A DNA stretch of 64,000 nucleotides from a virus: IMG/VR virus record IMGVR_UViG_3300019487_000319. One strand, written 5' to 3'. The stretch's first letter is position 1. Each line of letters starts with the position of its first letter. Of the stretch, positions 9,739 through 17,652 are shown one piece after another. The notes beneath the pieces were generated by a model that saw nothing but the letters and a program-made list of their open reading frames with translations, did not search any database and was not told the DNA's origin. A program made the translations under genes and the position numbers.

Positions 9739-10598
9739 ACCAATCTCTCTAAGTAACTTTTATAATCACTTTTTGGTAGGCTTCCTACCGATTCCTTAAA
9801 TTGTTCTTTAGAAATGAAACCATTTACTAAACATGATTCTTCATAACATCCAATCATTATTCCCTGTCTTTCTTGGACAGATTGAATGTATGCTGATGCT
9901 TGAAATAATGTGGCTGGGGTACCGGCATCCAACCATGCTGTTCCTCTTTCCATAATTTTGGCTGTTAGTGTTCCTTCTTGCATATACATTTTTAACAAAT
10001 CCACTATTTCTAACTCCCCTCGTGTGGATGGCCTTAATGTATTAGCAAAATTAGAAGCCATTCCATCAAAATAATACAGACCCGGTATAGCATATTTACT
10101 CTTTGGTTGTATTGGTTTTTCTTCTAAAGAAATAACGTTACCCATTTTATCGAACTCAACTACACCATAAGCTCTTGGATTATTAACTTCGTATCCAAAC
10201 ACCGACGCTCCTTTTGGTGGAGTTATAACATATTTGTATTTATCAGGAGGTTGAATATTTCCATGAAATATGTTATCTCCGAGAATCAAACAGGAGGGTT
10301 TTTCTTCCAAGTAATCCTCAGCAATAATTAATGCCTGAGCTAATCCTTTTGGTTGGTCTTGAATCGCATATTGTATGCACAATCCCCATTTGTTTCCGTT
10401 TCCTAATAAGTTTTTGTAAAAATCAATGTATTGAGGGCTTGTTATCAATAATATCTCTTTTATTCCGTTATTGATTAAAGTGGTCAACGAATAATAGACC
10501 ATCGGTTTATCATATACAGGCAATAGTTGTTTATTAACCATTGTTGTCAATGGATATAATCGAGTTCCTGACCCACCTGATAAGATTATGCCTTTCAT
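9735..10598 (-). CDS. rmlA: glucose-1-phosphate thymidylyltransferase
   Basis: MKGIILSGGSGTRLYPLT...KQLLPVYDKPMVYY...PKGLAQA...LGDNIF...EKP..PKS.YA..GLYF. Canonical RmlA blocks at 287 aa. Confidence 0.9.
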   Translation of the reverse strand: MKGIILSGGSGTRLYPLTTMVNKQLLPVYDKPMVYYSLTTLINNGIKEILLITSPQYIDFYKNLLGNGNKWGLCIQYAIQDQPKGLAQALIIAEDYLEEKPSCLILGDNIFHGNIQPPDKYKYVITPPKGASVFGYEVNNPRAYGVVEFDKMGNVISLEEKPIQPKSKYAIPGLYYFDGMASNFANTLRPSTRGELEIVDLLKMYMQEGTLTAKIMERGTAWLDAGTPATLFQASAYIQSVQERQGIMIGCYEESCLVNGFISKEQFKESVGSLPKSDYKSYLERLV

Positions 10599-10850
10599 TT
10601 ATTTACTTTGATGATTTTGATTTAAATAATTAACAATTTCATTTACCAATTGATTACATCCTTCTTCGGATTCTAATAAAGCCAGATCGCCGTCGGTGAG
10701 GCCAAATACAAACACCTTTCCGAGAGTCCACACAGCAAGTTCAACATCTGTATCCTTACATGTAATAGAATGACTTCCAGTAAATGATTCCCCCATTGCT
10801 TTCAGGGGAAACGTTTCATTAAGTAGTTTGAATAGATGTCTGGTTTTCAT
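10599..10850 (-). CDS. hypothetical protein
   Basis: 83-aa ORF immediately upstream of rmlA on the same strand. Confidence 0.5.
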   Translation of the reverse strand: MKTRHLFKLLNETFPLKAMGESFTGSHSITCKDTDVELAVWTLGKVFVFGLTDGDLALLESEEGCNQLVNEIVNYLNQNHQSK

Positions 10851-11589
10851 TTTTGTTTAATCTTTCTTTCCAATTCCACACAAGAGGTTTTACAAACATT
10901 ATCTTTTGTGGTGATTTAGTTATTATGTATTCTTTTCCTTCGTCGTATCCATACTTCTCAAGAGCAGCTTTTGGGTCTTTTCTTGCTAATTCTCCCCTAG
11001 CTCCTGTTTCCTTTTTCCATAAACCCAATGGGCCTTTTCTAATAGAATTTCCTGATGTCTTTCCTACTTCTATCCAATTAGATGCACGGTATATCGCACC
11101 GTTTCTTAATTTCTCTCCATTATATTGTTCTACTCGTTCCGGTTGAACATAGGTTTCTATCATCAGTAACGGTTGATTATACTTCTCTTTCCATCTTTTT
11201 GCACCTTGTATGGATAATTGTTTTAAAACCATACTTCCGGTATTTTTTATGGTTATATTCTTTTGAATGAAACAACAACGAGAATTGTTTGCTAACATTC
11301 CTAAATTCTTGATTCTAGTTTCTTTATCCCATCCGATATAGTCATCTCGACAGGATATAGCAATAGTTGCAGAAGATAAGCCGATGGCTCCTATGTGATT
11401 ACCGGATTGAGTTTCGTAGATTAACCATCGTATGTTTCTGGTAGGGGAATCAGTATATTTTACGTAAGAATGGTATTTATCAATAGTTTCTCTGAATAAT
11501 TTGTTCTGTTCCGGAGAGGAACATTCTACTAAAAATACCGGCGTTTTTACAGTATCAGAGTAATCAAATATGGACAAAGAAAAAGACAT
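10819..11589 (-). CDS. DUF4338-family protein (Druantia DruA-type domain)
   Basis: Ordered blocks CRDDYIGWDKETR, LANNSRCCF, KNTGSMVL, LLMIETYVQPE and NGAIYRASNWIEVGKTSG match the DUF4338 consensus as I recall it (RD.%IGW / nNsRFL / N.aS / ETFVD / G.cYrAaNW..vG.T.G). Confidence 0.65.
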   Translation of the reverse strand: MSFSLSIFDYSDTVKTPVFLVECSSPEQNKLFRETIDKYHSYVKYTDSPTRNIRWLIYETQSGNHIGAIGLSSATIAISCRDDYIGWDKETRIKNLGMLANNSRCCFIQKNITIKNTGSMVLKQLSIQGAKRWKEKYNQPLLMIETYVQPERVEQYNGEKLRNGAIYRASNWIEVGKTSGNSIRKGPLGLWKKETGARGELARKDPKAALEKYGYDEGKEYIITKSPQKIMFVKPLVWNWKERLNKNENQTSIQTT

Positions 11590-11645
11590 ACATATAACCG
11601 TTTCTACGTTAATATGTATGTCCGAAAAACTAAAAACGTTTTATT

Positions 11646-12326
11646 TTAAACCGTAACTATTCCGCTATTTACTCTTAACATTGGGCATTTTGATAAACAA
11701 AGACGGGTGGTATCTATCATATATTGGTCTTTAGATATAGCTGCCAATTCAATAGAAGGGTCGCTCATACGAACATCTTCCCATTCTAATCTATAATCTG
11801 ATTTATATCTTACCAATGGGTCGTTCTTTGCTTCTTCTGCATTAGGGGCGTCATCAAATACTTGTTCTCCCATAAAACCTCTATGGAATTTAGAAAGGTG
11901 GAGAACCCAACCCTCCCAATTTTTATGAAGCCAATCTGCTTCATTTGGAAATCTTACATCCGAAACGAAAAATACCTTTTGAGATTTGGGGGAATCGTTC
12001 TGATGTTTTTTATATTCGGCCCTTAACACATCATCAACTTTCTTAATCCATATATCCGGGTCAACATTTTCTCTCATTCCACATCCTATCCACACCAAAC
12101 CCGGTCGAATGACTTTTTTCTCGTCAGTATTATCGGTAAAAGCCGAGATACCAAACAATTGTTGACAAACGGGGTCTGCTAATTTTTTTAATTCATCGGC
12201 AAAAGCAAGTTTTCTAACTTCATAACCTTCTTCCTGTAAAATTGATGATGCAATTTTACAAAAAGTATCCTTACCACATCTAGCATATCCAGAAATCCCT
12301 ATAACTGTAAAATTTTTGTTACTCAT
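11646..12326 (-). CDS. deoxynucleoside monophosphate kinase (T4 gp1-like P-loop kinase)
   Basis: FTVIGISGYARCGKDT (compare T4 gp1 LSGVKRSGKDT), a later FFVSDVRFPNE block, and similar length and architecture. Confidence 0.6.
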   Translation of the reverse strand: MSNKNFTVIGISGYARCGKDTFCKIASSILQEEGYEVRKLAFADELKKLADPVCQQLFGISAFTDNTDEKKVIRPGLVWIGCGMRENVDPDIWIKKVDDVLRAEYKKHQNDSPKSQKVFFVSDVRFPNEADWLHKNWEGWVLHLSKFHRGFMGEQVFDDAPNAEEAKNDPLVRYKSDYRLEWEDVRMSDPSIELAAISKDQYMIDTTRLCLSKCPMLRVNSGIVTV

Positions 12327-12338
12327 AATAATTTCCTT

Positions 12339-12866
12339 TCAACTTTCTCCATTTAATAAAACATTTTCTATTTCTTTGTCGTTTAATCCATATCCTTGGC
12401 AAATATTAACCAATTCTTCCATTCCGCCTTCAAGATTTATTAACATAAATACATATTCATTCGCACGATCGACAGAAATATCAAATTTTTTAGAAACTAA
12501 ATTCAATAATTCTTTGTTAAACTTGTCTTTTTTCGATTTTACCCACGGATAAAATTTTCTATCAGGTTGAACCAATGTAATTAACAGTGTATAGAATTGT
12601 TCCGATGGAATAATATCGAAATATTTGAATAACCATGCCATATCTTCGATGTAATTTGGATTCATGGATATTGCTCTCAGAAGCATGAAGTGAGAAAAAT
12701 TCTTCTTATCGAATTCTGATAAATTTTTATAATAGTTCGGGTCTTGGATTTCCTTAATTTGTTTGACGTGTTCAAACAAACTCACGGGCTTAATCTTTTC
12801 CATCGACTGGTCTTCCGAATCTTGACAATCTTTCGATTTTTTGGGCTCTTTGAGCTTTCTTTTCAT
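12339..12866 (-). CDS. possible clamp-loader small subunit (T4 gp62-like); otherwise hypothetical
   Basis: FSHFMLLRAISMNP...YTLLITLVQPDRKFYPWVKSK...FDISVDRANEYVFML resembles the gp62 pattern as recalled. Alternative start at Met22 (12803). No gp44-like partner is in the window. Confidence 0.35.
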   Translation of the reverse strand: MKRKLKEPKKSKDCQDSEDQSMEKIKPVSLFEHVKQIKEIQDPNYYKNLSEFDKKNFSHFMLLRAISMNPNYIEDMAWLFKYFDIIPSEQFYTLLITLVQPDRKFYPWVKSKKDKFNKELLNLVSKKFDISVDRANEYVFMLINLEGGMEELVNICQGYGLNDKEIENVLLNGES

Positions 12867-13059
12867 ACAATGTTAATTTTGATAACAATCCTGCTTGTGT
12901 AGATTGTAATGTATTTTGGTTTTTTGATAGTATAACGACATTCTCTTCCGATTTAGTTACTCTATTTTTTAACCAACGATATCTTTTTTCACAAAAAACT
13001 ATATATCCTGATACCAAAGAAACCACCAACAGTATAATTAGATATGTTATTATAGACAT
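12790..13059 (-). CDS. N-terminally membrane-anchored coiled-coil protein
   Basis: MSIITYLIILLVVSLVSGYIVF followed by a charged helical region. Its 3' end overlaps the next ORF's upstream start. Confidence 0.4.
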   Translation of the reverse strand: MSIITYLIILLVVSLVSGYIVFCEKRYRWLKNRVTKSEENVVILSKNQNTLQSTQAGLLSKLTLYEKKAQRAQKIERLSRFGRPVDGKD

Positions 13060-13103
13060 GATTATGATTATAATAGTTTATCGACAAACAATCTCAATAT
13101 TTT

Positions 13104-14312
13104 TTAACGTCCCACATCGTTAAAATATATCTGTCTAGCTTTTTCATAGGACATTCCACTCATATCTCCATAAAAGAGTTTCGTAGAGTTGAGCGGACCT
13201 GATGATTTTAATTTCTTATATCGTTCTATGGCTTTTGGTCGCCACCAATCCAATATGGCTTTTGTATCATACTGAAACAGTGGTTTCAAAATCAAATCCT
13301 TTTCTTCGATTTTATTTGATAGAAATTCTTTTGTGTTTTCGTAAAAACAAGAATAATATACACCCCGCTCAAATCCATGAACATAGTTAGATGATTTGAT
13401 TTGAGCAGAATCGAATATCATATTTATGACTCTTAATTTAGCTCCTGTAACAGGACCAGAAACATCTTCCTTCTGTGTCATCTTTTTCTCATATTCAGAT
13501 GATTTGTTTATCTTAATCCAATCATGCCACTTCTTATAAATTTTTTCTTCAGGTTGAATGGCAATCTTGCCGGCCGACGTTCCGCATTTATGCCACCATT
13601 TTAAACTATTATACATGGAGAATGAACCATAAAGGCTTGTCGTCGTCATTCCTACTAAAACAGAATCATACGTCCGTTTCCAAGCATCTCTGACTACTTT
13701 GGAAACTACCATTGCAGCGGATAACTTTCCTCCTAAGAATGGATAACCAAATGGTTGAGTAGAAACAATCGTTGTTCCAATTGCTGAATTAACTAATTTT
13801 CCTTCCTTGAGTTTATTATCCATTGACCATCCAATATAATTGTCTCTATCTCCAATGGAAATTACATCACTGGCAATTGAACATATTCCTAAGATTCTTG
13901 GATTATCAAGATTTCCATCATGGATCCAAAACTTCATAAATCTACCAGGTGCCTGATTAAATTCGGCAGAACTACAAAAATAACGAAGTGTGGTCCACAT
14001 TTTGTCATCTTCTTCGTTATCTATCAATTGAATTGTTGGAACCATGTTTTCAATTTCTTTTATGGTTCGTTCTTCATCCATGATATCTTCTGGTGCCCAT
14101 ATTTTTGCCTTGGCTACGCCAGCACGATTAAGGTGAGAATTCATAGCCTTTCTATCAGATATTTCTTCCCATTTTTTTCGAAAAGTAAATTCCTCAACAC
14201 TCAATGATTTAAGATAATCCATATTTTCTATCAACTTCCTTGTTTCTACATTAAGGTTAAATGAAGCTTGGGATGGTGCTGACTCAAAAAATATATCCGA
14301 TGTATCTGCCAT
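13104..14312 (-). CDS. DUF4338-family protein, long form (402 aa)
   Basis: GRFMKFWIHD...ILGICSIASDVISIGDRDNYIGWS...NSAIGTTIV...GGKLSAAMV...VLVGMTTTSLYGSFSMYNSLKWWHKCGTSAGK. Same block order as 10819-11589, but highly diverged. Confidence 0.6.
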   Translation of the reverse strand: MADTSDIFFESAPSQASFNLNVETRKLIENMDYLKSLSVEEFTFRKKWEEISDRKAMNSHLNRAGVAKAKIWAPEDIMDEERTIKEIENMVPTIQLIDNEEDDKMWTTLRYFCSSAEFNQAPGRFMKFWIHDGNLDNPRILGICSIASDVISIGDRDNYIGWSMDNKLKEGKLVNSAIGTTIVSTQPFGYPFLGGKLSAAMVVSKVVRDAWKRTYDSVLVGMTTTSLYGSFSMYNSLKWWHKCGTSAGKIAIQPEEKIYKKWHDWIKINKSSEYEKKMTQKEDVSGPVTGAKLRVINMIFDSAQIKSSNYVHGFERGVYYSCFYENTKEFLSNKIEEKDLILKPLFQYDTKAILDWWRPKAIERYKKLKSSGPLNSTKLFYGDMSGMSYEKARQIYFNDVGR

Positions 14313-14317
14313 AAGGA

Positions 14318-14346
14318 ATTTTATCTCTATAAAAAGAGAAAGTCAA
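14318..14346 (-). promoter_or_regulatory. sigma70-like promoter TTGACT-N17-TAAAAT ending 5 nt before the ATG of 13104-14312 (would give a leaderless mRNA)
   Basis: The minus strand reads TTGACTttctctttttatagagaTAAAATtccttATG. The -35 is at 14346-14341 and the -10 at 14323-14318. Confidence 0.45.
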
Positions 14347-14368
14347 CATATCATACTATTTATTATAT

Positions 14369-14659
14369 ATGCAATTCAAAAAAATAAATCCGGCGATGTT
14401 GGTGTATCATTACTTTCAAAGATCGCCCAGTGAATTTGTTTTATTTGATGATGAAATGGATTTACCTATTATTTACGGTAGTCGAAATCTCGTCGATTCT
14501 ACCGTTAGGAAACTTTCCTCTTCTGTAACGATTATTTATTACAAAAGAGATAATTCTGAGAAGGCCGCATTTAAGAGAAACGTTATATACAAAGGTAAAA
14601 AACCAGAACCTTCACTGAAGCCAACCATTGAAGTTGAAAGGGTAAAACCTAGCCCTTAA
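14369..14659 (+). CDS. hypothetical protein (isolated plus-strand ORF)
   Basis: 96-aa ORF in an otherwise minus-strand region. No motif. Confidence 0.35.
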   Translation: MQFKKINPAMLVYHYFQRSPSEFVLFDDEMDLPIIYGSRNLVDSTVRKLSSSVTIIYYKRDNSEKAAFKRNVIYKGKKPEPSLKPTIEVERVKPSP

Positions 14660-14823
14660 AGTTCTAACAAAATATCGAATTCACACTTACTGAATCGTTC
14701 TTCATCCATGAAAGCTATTTCCGTATCGATTTCATCTTCATCAAGACTTACTTTGACGACCTTCTTGGTTTTTAGATCGAAAACCCCACATATATGAACC
14801 GGTATTTTTTTTGATTTCGGCAT
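14656..14823 (-). CDS. possible small ORF (55 aa) below the ORF-track cutoff
   Basis: Hand translation gives MPKSKKIPVHICGVFDLKTKKVVKVSLDEDEIDTEIAFMDEERFSKCEFDILLEL*. It is co-oriented with its neighbours and fills a 200-nt gap. Confidence 0.25.
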   Translation of the reverse strand: MPKSKKIPVHICGVFDLKTKKVVKVSLDEDEIDTEIAFMDEERFSKCEFDILLEL

Positions 14824-14855
14824 ATATGTGGGGAATTTTCGTTCACCGATGATTA

Positions 14856-15290
14856 TTACACGGTGACAGGCTTTGTGACGGAAACAACCGGCGTAGGAGT
14901 TGTTGGAGCCGGAGCCGGAGTCGAAACGGGGGCCACGGTCATAACATTGACGAGCTTCGTTTGGTCATCTAATTGAATTCCGGCAGACTTGGCAGAATCC
15001 AAAACCGATTGAAGAACGGGACGCATAGCGAACACCAAACAAGGACGGCCTTTGCCTGGATTGGTTGTGCCAATGACGCCGACCGTCTTTTCACTGTCGA
15101 TTGCCTTCTTTAGTCGAACACGAAGAGTAATCGGTACGAAATCAGGGTTTAAATTAAAAAGGTCTTTTATCGTAAAATAAACCGAAGCCGAAGGCCAGAC
15201 GACCGTGAGGTTCGTGTTATTTTTTCTTTGTGTCTTCTTCGTCGCGGGAGAAGACGTTACTGTGTTTGTTGTGTTTGTTGTATCATTCAT
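14856..15290 (-). CDS. hypothetical protein with a Pro/Thr/Ala-rich C-terminal tail
   Basis: 144-aa ORF ending in STPAPAPTTPTPVVSVTKPVTV. It is preceded by a promoter-like site. Confidence 0.55.
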   Translation of the reverse strand: MNDTTNTTNTVTSSPATKKTQRKNNTNLTVVWPSASVYFTIKDLFNLNPDFVPITLRVRLKKAIDSEKTVGVIGTTNPGKGRPCLVFAMRPVLQSVLDSAKSAGIQLDDQTKLVNVMTVAPVSTPAPAPTTPTPVVSVTKPVTV

Positions 15291-15339
15291 AATGTGTTTT
15301 TATACTTTTTCTGTATTCCTCCTGTGGAATTACAGGTTT

Positions 15340-15368
15340 ACTTTAACGTAAACAAATAAAATTGTCAA
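15340..15368 (-). promoter_or_regulatory. sigma70-like promoter TTGACA-N17-TAAAGT
   Basis: The minus strand reads gggTTGACAattttatttgtttacgtTAAAGTaaacc, in the gap upstream of 14856-15290. Confidence 0.45.
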
Positions 15369-15378
15369 CCCATTTTTT

Positions 15379-17649
15379 TCATACCTTCTTTAAAAAAAGT
15401 CCGTTCATCGTTTTTGCAATCTGCCCAACCTGCGTAACATCAATCATACTAGCGTCTTTTCCATACATTGAACGGAATTGTTTTTCCGTTGTTTGGGTCG
15501 CCATTCCTAAAAATCCACCGAAAGCATTTACACTTTTATAATCCGATTCTATAAAATAACTCAGTATTTTAATACCATGTGACCGCATAATATTAACCTG
15601 ACGTTTGGTGTGTTTCACAGCTTCTTCACCACCATAAGAAAATCCTTTTCCACCGCCGCGGTCATAAAAACAATAACACGGTTCACCGTCTGAAATGTTT
15701 ACGAAGTAATGGTCTTCTCCATTGGATCGTTTATTTATTACACAATCCGTCATGATTGCTTCAAAGGCCAATCCTTCAGGAGTTGCACCACCAGCTTTCA
15801 AAAATGGAAAAATCTGGCGTATCTTACTTGGTTTATCAACTTCTGAATCATATATGATAACAATATATGGAAGACTTGCCTTATCCATATCATGTGTTGT
15901 ACGAAGAGAAACCGACACATGTAAATTTTGAATCATCGAACATGCTTGACACAATGCTGCCAACAGTGTCATCGTAGGCAACCATTTTGTACTACAATCC
16001 ATCGAACCACTGGCATCCACCGAAATATGAAGTTTGGCTGTATTAAACTGGTCCATCTGAATCTTATAAAAGAGATTTTCTACTCCTGCACCAAACTCCG
16101 CTATAATTCTTTTTTCTAATTTACCGGAAGAGCGTCTAATATATTTAATGATGTTGGTTTCATTTCTGATTTGAAGTTTTCTTCCCAATCTTTTACCCAT
16201 AGCAATACCCTTCATTATTGCTTCCAAATTTTCTTTATTAGGTTCAATTCCACCTAATGCTATTCCGGGAGATTCTTCATGTGTAGAAAGAGGAAAGATT
16301 TCCTTTCCAGAAAACAATAACGATTTTGTCAGATTTTTTACAACGATACAATCGACTTTTCTTATGACTCCTTCAGAATTTTCTGGACTAAAATGAGCAT
16401 GAGAAATATGAATTCCTGATTGTTCAACGATTTCTAAAATCTTAGCTCTTTCGGCCGTCAAGGTTTCCTTTACCGAATCAAAATCATTCATTAACATTTC
16501 TTTCGTCTGTTCAAAATGTTTTTGAATTTTATCTCGTTGTGATGGGGTGAATTCACTTAAATCACCACGAGGGTCATCTTCCGTAGTCTTACCATCTTCA
16601 ATTTTTTCGGCTTGAGTAGGCATGCCTCCCAATACGTCCTCAATTGATTCAGATTCCGACTCTGCCAACTTTTCTTTTTCAGATGATGGTTCACCGGTTT
16701 TTTCTTCTTTATTTTCGGAATGTTCTCCGGATTTGCTTATTTGTGTCGCGGACGGATCATCTTTATTCCCATCAGGTTCATTAGATGGTTCATTAGAATT
16801 ACCACTCAACACATTTTTTATCTGCTTAATTGTAGAATTGGCTCCACCACCGTTATTGGCTTCTTTTTTCTTTTTATCGATTGCATCTAATATCATTTCG
16901 ACAATTTTGAATGAGAGAGTCATTCTATCCGATGTAGTCTTTTCTCTTAAAATGGTTGATATATCGAATAAAGCATTTATCTTTCTTAATTCCGGCAAGG
17001 CATCTAAATCAGTCGCGGGATTGGTCAAATATATGATTCTATATTCGTAGGATTCCAAATTATTGAGACGATATCCCTTCGATTTAAGCGTTGCACTTAT
17101 TGCTTTGGAATTCCAAAGCTTATCATACAATGCTTTATAATATCCTCGGTATCCGGGACATGTTTTGAAGGCATAGGCATCAATATATCTGTCTTCGACA
17201 ACATTGAACATCATTTTACAAAAGTGAGCTACTTCTTCTTTTGTGACTCGCTTTTCTTTGCCCTTCTTATACAGTTCCGATGGAATCTTATTCCAAATAG
17301 ACCTAAATATATTAAAATCCGTTTTAACGATGTGCATTGATTCGTGTAATGCTAATCCGACACACCAATCAAAGTCGGATTTTTTTCTAACGGAAGCTGA
17401 CAAAAAAACAGTTTTTCCATCGGTTGCTCCGGTACTTCCGGCAGGTAAATATTTAACAGGTATGGATGGGTTTGTAGCAATGGATACAAAGTTAGAAATG
17501 ACTTTTCGATACGATGCCAATAAAATTAAATCCATTGTAAATAACTTACCCTCAGTTGTGGTTTCTTTATCATGATTTATATAATCATCGATAGACGTGC
17601 CGTCCAACCAGAAATCGGAATAACACGTATCTTTATCTACAACATCCAT
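15379..17649 (-). CDS. CobT-like VWA-domain protein (N-terminal HExxH region, acidic linker, C-terminal von Willebrand A domain)
   Basis: LALHESMHI (HExxH, aa 102-106), a long Glu/Ser/Lys-rich linker, and the MIDAS-type HISVDASGSMD motif. It lies directly upstream of an AAA+ partner. Confidence 0.7.
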   Translation of the reverse strand: MDVVDKDTCYSDFWLDGTSIDDYINHDKETTTEGKLFTMDLILLASYRKVISNFVSIATNPSIPVKYLPAGSTGATDGKTVFLSASVRKKSDFDWCVGLALHESMHIVKTDFNIFRSIWNKIPSELYKKGKEKRVTKEEVAHFCKMMFNVVEDRYIDAYAFKTCPGYRGYYKALYDKLWNSKAISATLKSKGYRLNNLESYEYRIIYLTNPATDLDALPELRKINALFDISTILREKTTSDRMTLSFKIVEMILDAIDKKKKEANNGGGANSTIKQIKNVLSGNSNEPSNEPDGNKDDPSATQISKSGEHSENKEEKTGEPSSEKEKLAESESESIEDVLGGMPTQAEKIEDGKTTEDDPRGDLSEFTPSQRDKIQKHFEQTKEMLMNDFDSVKETLTAERAKILEIVEQSGIHISHAHFSPENSEGVIRKVDCIVVKNLTKSLLFSGKEIFPLSTHEESPGIALGGIEPNKENLEAIMKGIAMGKRLGRKLQIRNETNIIKYIRRSSGKLEKRIIAEFGAGVENLFYKIQMDQFNTAKLHISVDASGSMDCSTKWLPTMTLLAALCQACSMIQNLHVSVSLRTTHDMDKASLPYIVIIYDSEVDKPSKIRQIFPFLKAGGATPEGLAFEAIMTDCVINKRSNGEDHYFVNISDGEPCYCFYDRGGGKGFSYGGEEAVKHTKRQVNIMRSHGIKILSYFIESDYKSVNAFGGFLGMATQTTEKQFRSMYGKDASMIDVTQVGQIAKTMNGLFLKKV

Positions 17650-17652
17650 AAT

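Noticed and set aside
167-10598. The possibility that the sugar/GT cluster is host chromosome flanking a prophage end rather than viral DNA.
   Set aside because: Composition and gene packing are continuous with the rest of the window. The cluster is preceded by a phage-style endonuclease fragment. No integrase, att-like repeat or tRNA is visible at 10.6 kb. This cannot be fully excluded from one window.
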